A stretch of 56,214 nucleotides of DNA from positions 62,001-118,214 of the forward strand of contig CAUYUJ010000104.1 in NCBI GenBank assembly GCA_963575745.1, given 5' to 3'. The notes beneath the pieces are model-generated. The model was not told where the DNA came from, ran no database searches, and saw only the letters and a program-made list of their open reading frames with translations. Source of the DNA: Prorocentrum cordatum. Taxonomy: Eukaryota. The translations under genes and the position numbers were made by a program. Below are positions 1 through 11,247 of the stretch, in pieces (within the stretch, counting starts at the first letter, position 1; each line of letters begins with the position of its first letter).

Positions 1-29
1 CCCGGGGACCTCTGCCAGGGCGGGGTGGC

Positions 30-95
30 CTTGGGGAGCATCTTCGGGATCTCCATGTTGGGTGCGCTGCCGAAGTCGATCAGCACAACTCTCTC
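30..95 (-). CDS. Protein kinase exon with DFG motif (ERVVLIDFGSAPNMEIPKMLPK); gene continues beyond window start
   Basis: cag|G acceptor at 96-98; AAG|gc donor; VVLIDFGSA is kinase subdomain VII, in frame with the HRD exon. Confidence 0.9.
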
Positions 96-1026
96 CTGCT
101 CGGGAAGAGATGAGGACCCACTGTGGATGCCGTGACGCTGGGCATTCTAACAGTCCTGGCAATGCATAACACTGTCTCTTGCACGTGTTTTAAATGCTTT
201 AGCAATGTGTCAGCATGGTTTGAACATGTCTGAACATGTTTCAAGCATGTTCTGAGCATGATTTGAGGTTCTGCGCGTGTGCCTTGACAACGCGCCTCCT
301 CTACATTGATCGTCTTCTACCAAGTGGAAAAGGAAAGAGGCAGAGAGGAAGGAAGGGGGAGAGAAAGAGAGAGAGAGAGAGATAGAGCAACAGACATGTA
401 TTGAACATGCGGACAAGTAAGGCACACAAGCGATAGTACATGAACGCTTGGGGGGGCAGATACTTGTTCATGTCATGTGATGACACTCTCGTGCACTTCG
501 CGTGCGAATCGTTTCTAGCGAACACTTGTCCTTGAGAAGCCCAAATGTTGAACGGATGTACGTGTTCGCACTTGCAGCAAGAATTGAAGAAGTAGCAGGG
601 ACGCGGACTGAACAGAGTAATCCAGACAGGAAGCCGATGCCATGGCAATCATGCGCGAATCAACACAGCACAACCCATTGTAAGAAAGACTTCGAACGTG
701 CAAGGCTGGACAAGACAACGCAAAACAAAACAACGCATGGACTAGTACGGGCACCCACTGCTGCCGTTCCTGCTCCTGCTGCTCCTGCGCGTCCACCTTC
801 TGGCCCCCCGTTCGCTCATCCACTTCTCTTCCAAATCTCCTTGTGATCGTGCGTTCTCGCCAATTTCCTTGTCAAATGTTCTCACGCCGCGCTGTGTCGT
901 TTCTGCTTTGCTCATCTGCCCGTTCCTTATCTACTACAACTGACTTCTCCTGCTGACCCGCTAGTGCTGCTCATCCTTCGTGATTCCCACACGGATTTCC
1001 GGATTTCCCCCCTCAGCGACCCTCTC

Positions 1027-1089
1027 CTGCTCAGGCGTGGTGCCCTCGTCGATGATGACGTTCCTGGAGTGGAGGTCGCGATGGTAGAC
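1027..1089 (-). CDS. Protein kinase exon with catalytic loop (VYHRDLHSRNVIIDEGTTPEQ)
   Basis: cag|GTC acceptor; CAG|ga donor; HRDLxxxN is subdomain VIb. Confidence 0.92.
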
Positions 1090-1336
1090 CTGACACGTCG
1101 TGGTGAACATACTCATCCCCAACAAACACGCTCGAACGATCTGCGGGCGGATGCTGAAAACTCTCAGTGCTGCAGCATGCCGAGCTGGATCATACGTACT
1201 TGGAGTGATAGGGTTCGCTCGCGCAACTTGTTTGGAATTTCGGAGGCGTGTGGCCGAGCTCAGAACTGGTCACGTGCTGTCGTGTTCATTCCAACTTCCT
1301 CTGGCGGCGCGCAGAGGAGGGTAGGGAAAGGGGGGA

Positions 1337-1435
1337 AGGCTTCTTAGAAGGAGGCTGCTCCTTAGAAGGCGCCGGCCTTGCATCTACAGACGAGGCCCGC
1401 GCCTTCTAGGAAAGGGGTGCTTCTAAGAATCACCT
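1337..1435. mobile_element. ~100-bp MITE; other copies at ~47554-47640 and ~52309-52417
   Basis: TTCTTAGAAG...CTTCTAAGAA inverted ends; shared core GGCC.TACATC..GGCCCGC. Confidence 0.7.
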
Positions 1436-1990
1436 CCCCCCCTCCCCCTACACCCCTTTGCGCGTGGCTGCTCCTATAACCGTAAACTTTTGGCGCTCCG
1501 CGCGGATGTTTGGGATCTGGCCTGGAGGCCCCTCCCTGGCGCGCGGAGCGCGCCAGGGGCGGCGCCGAAGGCGCAGCCGGGGGGAGCCCAGCGCGGCTCC
1601 AAGAAACCCGCGCGGATCGCCAAACGGTTGCTGATGGCGTTGTTTCTTCTTCGCCCTAACCCGCCCCTGCCACTGCAACAAATCCGTACCTTCCTGGGCA
1701 GGTTGGGTCTACCGGGCCCCTGTCGGCGAACAATGGGCGATTGGGGGTCGATGCATCCCCCCTATGCCGATCCCCCCCCTATCGTTGCCCCCCCTTTCCC
1801 CCCCTATGCCTAATCCCCCCTATGCCTATCCCCCCCTATCCCCCCCTATGCCTATGCCTATCCCCCCCTATGCCTATCCCCCCTATCGTTGCCCCCGACT
1901 ACCCCCCCCCCCTGCGCGTGGCTGATCCCGCTCCTTCTCGCGGCGCTGCTCCTGAGCGGGAGAGCGCGAGGTCGCGGCGCAATAGAGTTA

Positions 1991-2147
1991 GGTCGGGCAT
2001 GTCCTCCTACAGGCGGACTTTGGGCGAACCAAAGAAACATAATTAGGCCACGAAAATTCCAACATTGCCAAAATAGTCAAAACATCGTCCCCAGAGTATT
2101 TGTCATTATTTCCGGAAGATTCCCCCTGTAGAGGGACATGCCCGACT
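1991..2147. mobile_element. PIF/Harbinger (Tourist-like) MITE; other copies at 22086-22241, 22498-22649, 28367-28520
   Basis: TIR GTCGGGCATGTCC..CTACAGG / CCTGTAGAGGGACATGCCCGAC; AT-rich core; TTA flanks. Confidence 0.8.
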
Positions 2148-2834
2148 TTAGCATATCAGGGGCGGCCCGCCCATCCATCCAAGGTGAGACGGCACCTCCT
2201 CCTCCCTCCTCCTCCTCCTCCTCCTCATCCTCCCTCTCCTCCTCCCTCCTCCTCCTCCTCCTCCTCCTCCATCCTTTTCCTCCTCCTCCCTCCCTCCTCT
2301 TCCTCCTCCTCCTCCTCGCCCTCCTCCTCACCACCACGAAGCTCAGCACACCCATCCAATTACTTACGAATCGAAACAAGAACCCCGAAGCATGAACGGG
2401 ACAGAAAACAGCCCTGAGGAAGGAGCAAGGGCGCGGAGGAGGGGAGGGAGGAAGGGGAACGAGACTGGTCGCGCAGTGGAGGACGGGCAGAACGACGGAG
2501 AGTGTCACGGCAGCGCGCATCACAGCAGTCAGTGTGTTCAGGGCGCAGTGTATGTTTCATCGGTGTGGCCCTCCTCGCGGAGCAATCAATGTCGTCTTCA
2601 ACGCATGTTTCCCACGCAAGTCCGGAAGGCGAGGGAGAACGGGGACGGGGGGCTGGGAAACGCAGCGGGGAATGTGAGGCGTTTCTTGTCGTCCTCCTCC
2701 GCCTCCCTTATCCTCCTCTCCCTCCCTCGAACTTCCCCTCCCCCCTTCCCCCCCCCCCTCCTACGCGACGAGGAAGGCGACGAGGGGTAATTACGGAGGA
2801 GGAGGCAGGACGAGGAGGACGAGGACGACGAGGC

Positions 2835-2891
2835 CTCCTTGGAGTGCAGGTGTGCCACCGCTCGCAGCAGCTGCTCCGCGATGCGATGGGC
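2835..2891 (-). CDS. Protein kinase exon, helix E (AHRIAEQLLRAVAHLHSKE)
   Basis: cag|GCC acceptor, GAG|gc donor, phase 0-0; joins to give LHSKEVYHRD (subdomain VIa). Confidence 0.9.
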
Positions 2892-3374
2892 CTGGTGGCG
2901 CGCGCCGTGCGCTGGCTGCTCGCCGTCGCGACCGCCGCGGGAAGACCAAGCGGGCCAGGGAAGGCAGGGAAGTCAGGATGGGAAGGAGGCGGAGAGCGAA
3001 GGGGGGAGAGGGCAAGCCGGACGTGCTCGCGCCCTACTATCTGACATCGTACTCCTCCCACCCGTCCTCCCTATTGTGCCGAAGTTTCTCTGCCCGCTGG
3101 CACGTGCCATAGCGGCAGCCGGGACCCCCCAAGCAGGATCTCGTCGCGCTCTGCACAGTCGTAAAGGGAGAGCCACGTGCATCGGAGAAGGGAGTGGCTG
3201 ATGAGCAGGGGGATGAGGGCGAGGCTGAGGAAGGGGGCGGACGGGGAGGAGCAGCCGCAGCAGGACATGGAGCGGGAGGAGCGGGAGAAGCAGGAGGGGC
3301 GGGAGGAGCGGGAGGAGCGGGACCAGGGGAAGGCGGAGGAGGGGAACGCGCGGGGCGACACCGACGAGGAACTG

Positions 3375-3550
3375 CAGTAGAGGCCTGCCCACAAGAAACC
3401 TCCCACAAGAAACCCAACCCTGAGACCCGAGGACGCCCCTTGGCTCCTGCTGCGGGAGCGCCACGCTTCCCATCGCAAACCCATCGAAACCCCAGAAACC
3501 CAGGGCACCCTGGAGGCGAGCAGGGTGTTTCTTGGCACGGGTCTCCACTG
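3375..3550. mobile_element. Tc1/mariner-type MITE, copy 1
   Basis: CAGT...ACTG ends, AAGAAAC/GTTTCTT inverted sub-termini, TA on the right. Confidence 0.7.
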
Positions 3551-3716
3551 TACCTTGGTTGCCCCTGGTGTGCTGCGGGCCCGGGCCGCCTGTGGGGCCG
3601 GGCTTCTGGTCCACATTGCTACAGAGGCTCAGGGACACACACACAGAGAAAAATAGCCCACGTTGTCCCGTTGTTTTGTGCGTGTTCGTCTTCCCCCCCA
3701 CCACCCCCCATATTAG

Positions 3717-3946
3717 AGGCCTCCTAGATGGGGTCGGAGAAGATGGGGTCGAAGGATCTCGCCGCATGGCCGATACATCGGCGATGCATCGGCCATGCAC
3801 TGGCGACGTCGGCGGTACATCCACGACGTCGGCGTGGAGACAATTGGGCCGCACATCGCGCCGCATCGCCGATGCATCGCCGATGCATCGGCGACGCGGC
3901 GCGATCCTCTGACCCCATCTACTCCGACCCCACCTAGGAGGCCTAG
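3717..3946. mobile_element. Palindromic MITE
   Basis: ~45-bp TIR AGGCCTCCTAG.TGGGGTCGGAG.AGATGGGGTC; internal CGATGCATCG repeats. Confidence 0.75.
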
Positions 3947-5217
3947 ACATGTTTTCCCCATCTTTTCCCCTGGAGGTAAGCGAGGCGTCTCTTTTTTTTT
4001 GTTGGCACGGTTCTCGCCGTGTTATTTAAGTTTGATTCGGAAGGCGGTCGACCTCTCGATCGAGCAGTTCTCAACTCGCCTCTGCGCGATCTCTGCCCTT
4101 CTTCAGAGGTAAGCGAGGCGTCTCTTGGCGCCTCTTGGCCAGACAGCCTCGGCAGCCCGCCCCGCCACGTGGCGGCCCGGGGAGGCGCGACGCCCCCTTC
4201 CTCGAGAGGCCAGTGCTCGGCTTTGGCCTCGGCGGACTGCGACCGCCTGCGGTCCCGAGCTCTGGAGGAGAAGGAGGAGGAGGTGAAGGAGGAGGAGAAG
4301 GAGGAGGGGGGGGAGGGGGAGGGGGAGGAGGAGGAGGAGGAGGAGGAGGAGGAGGAGGAGGAGGAGGAGGAGGGGAGGGGAGGAGGAGGAGGAGGAGGAG
4401 GAGGAGGAGGATGGAGGAGGAGGAGGAGGAGGAGGAGGAGGAGGAGGGGGAGGAGGAGGAGAAGGACGAGGAGGAGGAGGAGGCTCTTTCCGCCCCCTGC
4501 AAGAGAGCCCAGAATCGAATCGAAAAGTCGGATCGTCGATCGACATGAATCGGATCGGAGGAGAGCGACAGGCTAGTATGTCTCCATTGAGGAATCGGAA
4601 TCCAAATCGGAGTCGGATTGAGGCGGAATCGGAAGCCATCGAAATCGAATCGAATCGAATCGAATCGGAGGAATCGAAACGAACCCTGGCCCTGTCTCGC
4701 CGGCGGCCGCTCAGTGCGATTCTGGCCCCCCCGAGACACTCTCGGCGAGGCGCAGCCGCTGGGAAGCACCTCCGAGGCTGGACAACCGCCCAGAACCGAC
4801 GAAAAGGCTCGAAAACAAACCGCCCAGGCCGCCCCCCCCCCCCCCCAAACGCTGTCGGAGGAGAGCTGAGAGAGAGAGAGAGAGAGAGAGAAACAAAAAA
4901 AAAAAAAGAAAGAAAGAAAGAAAGAAAGAGGAGAACCAGCGCCCGGGAGGTGGAGGACGAGGAGGAGAACGAGGACGAGGACGAGGACGAGGAGGAGGAG
5001 GAGGAGGAGGAGAAAGAGGAGGAGGAGGCTGCCCAGGGGGGCCAAAACCAACCGCCGCGCCCGCAGGAAGGGAGGCGCTACCCCGCCCGGCTCCGGGGGC
5101 CGCGCACCCCGATTGGCCTCCTCCTACTCCTCCTCCTCCTCCTCCCCCTCCTCCTCCTAACTCCTCCTCCTCCTCCGCCTCTTCCTCTCGTCATCATCAA
5201 CATCATCATCATCATCG

Positions 5218-5285
<68 letters not shown>

Positions 5286-5820
5286 GTCATCGTCATCATC
5301 ATCATCACCATCATCATCACCATCATCGTTAGCAGCAACATCATCACAATCACCATCACAGTCACCACCACCACCACCACCATCATCATCATCACCATCA
5401 TCCGCAACATCAGCATCATAGCCATCATCACGACCTTCATCATCATCATCATTATCATCATCAATGTTACCATCATCATCATCATAATCATCATCACCAT
5501 CATCATCCTCACAATCATCATAATCATCAGCGTCACCATCATCACCATCATCAGCAGCATCAGCACCGTCATCATCACCATCATCATCAGCAGCATCAGC
5601 ATCATCATCGTCATTATCGTCATCAGTATCATCATGTTCATCATCAGTATCATCATCGTCATCATCCTCATCATCATCACTATCATCATCAGCATCATCA
5701 TCATTACTACGACCACCACCACCACCACCACAATCATCGGGATCGCCACCATCACCATCATAAGCATCATCTTCACCATCACCATCATCATCTGAAGCGT
5801 CAGCATCATCATCATCATTA

Positions 5821-6027
5821 CAGTGCGGGCGCGGCCGCAAGAAACCCTCGCAAGAAACCCAACCCTGAGAACCCGTGCGAGAGGTGCACCTGAGGGGAAA
5901 CCTGGAGCTCCCCTGAACGCAACAACCTCTTCAACGGCCTCGGGAAGTCACCGCGCAGCGCGAGGAGCGAAGAAACCCAGGATACCCTGACGAACAACAG
6001 ATGGTTTCTTGATGCGCGCCCCCACTG
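5821..6027. mobile_element. Tc1/mariner-type MITE, copy 2 (contains a kinase exon)
   Basis: TA|CAGTG...CACTG|TA inside an (ATC)n array; both arms homologous to copies 1 and 3. Confidence 0.75.
5890..5938 (-). CDS. Kinase exon before helix E (R-PLKRLLRSGELQVSPQ)
   Basis: ag|G acceptor, CAG|gt donor; supplies the phase 2-to-0 link needed between the hinge exon and the helix E exon. Confidence 0.7.
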
Positions 6028-6042
6028 TATCATCAGTAACAT

Positions 6043-6086
<44 letters not shown>

Positions 6087-7106
6087 GCATCATCATCATC
6101 ATCAGCATCATCATCATAATCATCATCATCACCACAGACATCATCATCAATATCGTCATCGTCAACACCAGCGCCAATACCACCACATAAACAACCAAAA
6201 CCACTGCCAACACCACCATCATCATCATCAGCATCATAATCATCATCACCATCACCATCATCAACATCATCAGCAGCATCAACATCGTCATCAGCAGCAC
6301 CAGCATCATCAGTATCATCATCGTCGTAGCATCATCGTCATCATCACCATTACCACCACCACAACCACCACCAACATCAACGCAAACATCACAACCATCA
6401 TCATCATAATCATCATCACCATCACCATCATCACCAGCATCAGCATCGTCATCATCACCAGCATCATCATTACCAAACTCGTCATCAGCATGATCATCAT
6501 TACCACCACGACCACCACCAGCACCACCACCACCACCAACACCATTACCACCATCAGCATCAGTAGCATCGTCATCAGCAGCATCATCAGCATCATCAAG
6601 ATTACCAGCATCGTCATCATCATCACAACCATCACCATCACCATCATCATTATCACCAACACAACTAACACCACCACCACCACAACCAACACCACTACCA
6701 TAAGCATCATCACCATTACCACCATCATCATGAGCAGCATCATTGTCATCACCATCATCAGCATCATCATTATCAGCATCAGCATCATCATCATCATCAT
6801 TACCACCACCAACACCAACACCACCACAACCAACACCACCATAATAATAATACTAATAATCATCATTATCATCATCATCAGCATCATCATCATCATCGTC
6901 ATCACCGCCACCACTACCATCACCATCACCATCACCATCATCATCAGCATCATCATCGCCATCATCGTCATCGTCATCATCGTCATCATCGTCATCATCA
7001 TCATGATCATCGTCATCATCATCATCAACATCTACACCATCATCATCATCATCATCATCATCATCAGCATCATCATCATCATCATCGTCATCATCATCAT
7101 CATCAG

Positions 7107-7137
<31 letters not shown>

Positions 7138-7279
7138 ATCGAAACCCCGCGGCGGACGCGAGGCGCGGGGAACGCCGCGGCCGCCCCGCCGGAGGCCGCC
7201 GCGCCGGGCGCTGCGCCTGCCGCTGGAGAGGCTGGAGAAGGCGGCGGCCAGGCGGCGGCCGTGCCGCCCCCGCCGAGGC

Positions 7280-7420
7280 CGCCGCGGTGGAACGCAGCCG
7301 TCCACGACACGCGCGTGCTCTGCGTGGCGGGGCCGCGCGTGACCTGCCACGTGTGCGGCTGCCGCGCGGCGTCGGCGAGGGTCCTGGGCCTGACGGAGCC
7401 GTGCCCACCGCGCGACGTCC
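7280..7420 (+). mobile_element. Possible non-LTR 3' remnant with Cys/His knuckle
   Basis: HDTRVLCVAGPRVTCHVCGCRAASARVLGLTEPC (H..CxxC..C spacing). Confidence 0.35.
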
Positions 7421-7657
7421 GACAGGCAGGCGGGCGCCCTCCGCCGCCCGCGGAGCGGGCTGAGCCCGACGGAGCCAGGCTGGCCAGGGGAGCCCGAGGC
7501 GCTGCGCAGCAGGCGCGGGCGCAGCCGCGCTCGGCGCCGAGCGGGAGGCGAGGCTGGCGCGGTGAGGACTGCTCTCTCGCGGGACCAGAGCGGTGAGGTT
7601 GGCTCCCGCTCGTGACGTGCGCTGGCCACGGCAGCCGCGCCCGGAGGGGTGGCGGGC

Positions 7658-7676
7658 CTTGGGCGGCTTGCGGCGG
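7658..7676 (-). CDS. Putative kinase-insert micro-exon (A-AASRP-R)
   Basis: cag| acceptor, AG|gc donor, 19 nt, phase 1-2. Confidence 0.4.
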
Positions 7677-7707
7677 CTGTGCCAGGAGCGCGTCGTCCGT
7701 TAGAGGG

Positions 7708-7759
<52 letters not shown>

Positions 7760-7944
7760 CCACCACTACCATCATCATCAGCATCCTTCGCCCCGGTCCC
7801 TTTTCACGCCTCATAGCCACATCCCCCTCCTCCCCAGCAGGGGCAATGGCAGAGACAGACGGAGAGAGAGAGAGAGAGAGACACGCACAAAAAGAAAGCA
7901 GATATATACATATATACATATATATACATAGAGAGAGGCACAAT

Positions 7945-9108
7945 CCAACAACAACAATAACAGCGGCAACAGCAACAACAGCACAAACAAAATCAGCAGC
8001 AACAACAACAACAACTCTAACAACACCATCACCACCAACAGCAGCAGCAACAACAATCATGTTAAGACTGTTCGCTCTTGTCTGCTCTCGGCCCATTCAA
8101 CATGTATATCCCAAACCCTGGATACCCGCCCTCTTTGCCTTCGATCGTTCCTTCACGGGATGCACCCTTCTTACCAGAAACGTGTAATTCGTGCAGCCCC
8201 TAAGGCAGGGGAAGGACGGATGGCAGGAAGGGACAAGGAGGAGGGAGGAGGATGGAGCACGAGAGAGAGTAGCAGGAGGTGGCAGAACCAGACGGCGGGT
8301 TGCTAAAGCGTGCGTCCTGCATGAATCACGAAGAAGCCTAGAGCGACAGCGCGATTCACAAATAAGCCGTCAGGAAATCCACAATGAGAGCGTGAGTCCT
8401 GAGTGTCGAGGGCGCGGCGTCTGAACGAATTGCGAGGAAGTCCCACGCGAGAGCACGAGTCCTGAATATATTGTGAGGAAGTTCCACGCGAGGGCACGAT
8501 TCGATAATAAATTGTGAGGAAGTATGAAGCTGGAGCCGCTGTTGCTGTGACTCGGGGGCCAGGGGCGCAGTTTGGTGACACCTCACCTTTCCCTGTAAAA
8601 CACAAGATGCGAGCGGCCAGAGAGGGGGTGTCATCAACAACGATTACGCATCAAGAAGAACATTCATCAACAACAACAACAACAGCAACATCAACAACAA
8701 CAACACCAACAACAACAACAACAGGAATCGGCACAACAGCAACATCACTAACACCAACAGCAACAACATCAACATCAGCAGCAACATCACCACCGACAAC
8801 ACCAACAGCAACAATCACGACCATCACAGCAGCAATTACAACAACAACGAAAGCATCACCACCAACAATAAAAACAGCAAAACCAATAGCAACAGCAACC
8901 ATCACGCCAACACCAACCACAAACACAACAACAACATTATCAAAAACAACCACAACTACAACAACCACCACCGCAACATCAACAATCATATCAACAGCAG
9001 CGCTAACAACGACGACAAACGAGCACAACTACGACAACAACCACCACAACAGCAAGCTAACACCACCACCAACAGCAACAGCAGCAAACACAACAACAGC
9101 AAACACAA

Positions 9109-9182
<74 letters not shown>

Positions 9183-9300
9183 GCAACAACAACAACAACA
9201 ACAACCACAGCAGCAACAGCCAACAGCAACAGCATCAGCAACAGCAACAACAACAGCAGCAACAGCACCAACAACAACACCACACACCAACAACAACACA
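7945..9300. repeat. (AAC/AGC)n arrays at ~7945-8060 and ~8635-9300
   Basis: Trinucleotide periodicity. Confidence 0.9.
8587..8592 (-). CDS. Putative 6-nt micro-exon (G-K)
   Basis: ttttacag|GGAAAG|gtgag; strong acceptor and donor. Confidence 0.4.
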
Positions 9301-9527
9301 CATGAGCAGTGTACACATGCGGATACCACGAGAGGTAGAAGGCGCAGCCCAGACCATCGAGCATAGGGAAGGGAGGGGAAGGGGGACGCGGAGGGAAGGG
9401 GGGAGCAGGGAACCGGGGGAGGGGACGGGAGGGACTTGTCGGAAAGAGGAGCCAGACGGACAGGGCGAGGGAGAGCGAGAGCGAGAGCGAGAGAACCGCA
9501 CCACAGCCACCGTATGCAGACGGAAGC

Positions 9528-9544
9528 CCTCCGCATGCGCAGCC
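9528..9544 (-). CDS. Putative micro-exon (E-AAHAE)
   Basis: ttgcag|G acceptor; G|gc donor chosen to fit phase; other donors possible. Confidence 0.3.
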
Positions 9545-9971
9545 CTGCAACGCGCGCGACCTCTGCGCGGCCCCTGGACACCCCCCTCCCCCAGAGGGGC
9601 CCGGGGCCACCACGGCACCCCTGGCGAGCCCTGCCCCCGGCCCCGCTGACGCCGCGGGCCCGGGCGGCTCGCCCCCGCCGGGGGCGCCGATGCCTCACCC
9701 GCCCCCCCCCATCCCTGGGCGCCCCCGGGACATCCCCCCTGGGCGGAGGTTTGTCGCAATCTTGGGCCTCGGGGGGCCCTCGCTGGGCCCTGGGACCGTC
9801 AAGAATCGTTCCGGATGGAAAAACCGGTGCTGGGGAATGGGTCGAGACTTCTGGGGACCCCGTATGGAAAAAATCACGACGTCGGATCTCTGGGTCTGCT
9901 CGCTCCGAGATGACTGTCACGCATGCAGCTTGACTTGGACACCGACTCGCGCGGGCGGAGATCCAGCTCAC

Positions 9972-9989
9972 TCCAGCATGCGCAAGTTG
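9972..9989 (-). CDS. Putative micro-exon (S-NLRML-E)
   Basis: cgcag| acceptor, |gtgag donor, phase 2-2. Confidence 0.45.
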
Positions 9990-10080
9990 CTGCGGCGAGA
10001 GAGCTGGGGAAGGCAGAGCGAGAGAAAGAGAGGGAAAGAGAGAGCAGTGCAGCGACGCCTGAGAAGCGCTGGGGTCAAAC

Positions 10081-10089
10081 CTCATGGTC
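10081..10089 (-). CDS. Putative 9-nt micro-exon (R-TM-S)
   Basis: ctgcag|GACCATGAG|gt; shares the AGGACC junction repeat with the donor at 13720. Confidence 0.5.
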
Positions 10090-11247
10090 CTGCAGACGGT
10101 CAGGACGGAAACAACGCCTCCTCCTCCTCCTCCTCCTCCTCCTCCGCCTGCTCCCTGCCCTCTTCCGCCTCCTCCTCCAACGCCTCCTCCTCCTCCTCCT
10201 CCTTCTCCTCCTCTGCTCCCCTCCTCACTCATCGTCGTCGTCAACGTCTTCCTCCTCCCCTAATGACTGGCGCTGCGGTCGGAACTCGTGGACCGACAGA
10301 TGGAATTGGAAAAAGCGACAGTAGCGGACATCCGCGGGTTGCCCCCCCCGCCAGTCCCCCACTCATCCTCCATCTCTTCCGTTGTATCCCTTGCACCCTC
10401 CCGCGCATGATCCTGCTCCTCCTCCTCCTCCTCCTCATCATCATCATCATCAGCAGCAGCAGCAGCATCAGCATCATCATCATCAGCAGCATCATCAAAA
10501 TCATCATATTTCTCATCATCATCATCATCATCAGCAGCATCATCATCAGCATCAGCATCATCATCAACATCGCCGTCATAAGCATCCTCATCCTTATCCT
10601 CATCATCATCCTCATCCTCATACTCCTCATACTCCTCATCACCATCATCGTCATCATCTTCGTCATCAGTTTCGTCATCATCTTCGTCATCATCATCATC
10701 ACCATCACCATCACCATTACCATCATCATCGTCATCATCATCATCAACAACAATATCATTTTCATGTTACTCCTCCTCCTTCTCCTCCCTCAATCACTCT
10801 TTCCCTTCGCCTTCTCCTCCCCCGTTCGGTCCCCTCGTGGGGCTCTGAGAGGTCATGGGGGCTACCATCCTACGTGCTCCCTTTCCCACTCATCCCACCC
10901 CGTCCTCACCCTCCAAGCATCTGCCAGGCTGGTGACCCAAGGCGGCAACGCAGTCATTGCAGCACAGCTGTAACGATGCAGACGCGTTCAGGGTTTATCG
11001 TTTTGGCTATGCCAGGAAGCGGAGGGCGGATGAGACGGCGACAAGGCGGAGGACGAAGAGGTCACAGTATGCCGAGTGCGCAAGGCATGGCCAGAGCGCC
11101 GAGAAAATCCGCGACCGTGCCGCCGGCACCTATGGAGCGTCCTCAGGCCGTGGCGCGCGCCGGTCAGGAGACACAGGTGAAAACATGAATGAAGGGGCCC
11201 ACAAACACACAAATAAATACACACAAATCCCAGGATTCCCCATTTTT

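Larger units (their letters stand above)
5190..7140. repeat. Degenerate (ATC/ACC/AGC)n arrays; also ~7708-7785, 10435-10765, 31305-31640
   Basis: Trinucleotide periodicity; source of the poly-I/M/H/D ORFs. Confidence 0.95.

Noticed and set aside
5030..5115. Unique GC-rich island between GGA and TCC tracts as an exon
   Set aside because: No convincing splice pair; the flanking kinase exons already join in frame.
4545..7596. Poly-I/M/D/H/T/E/P ORFs, here and throughout the window
   Set aside because: They are translations of trinucleotide microsatellites.
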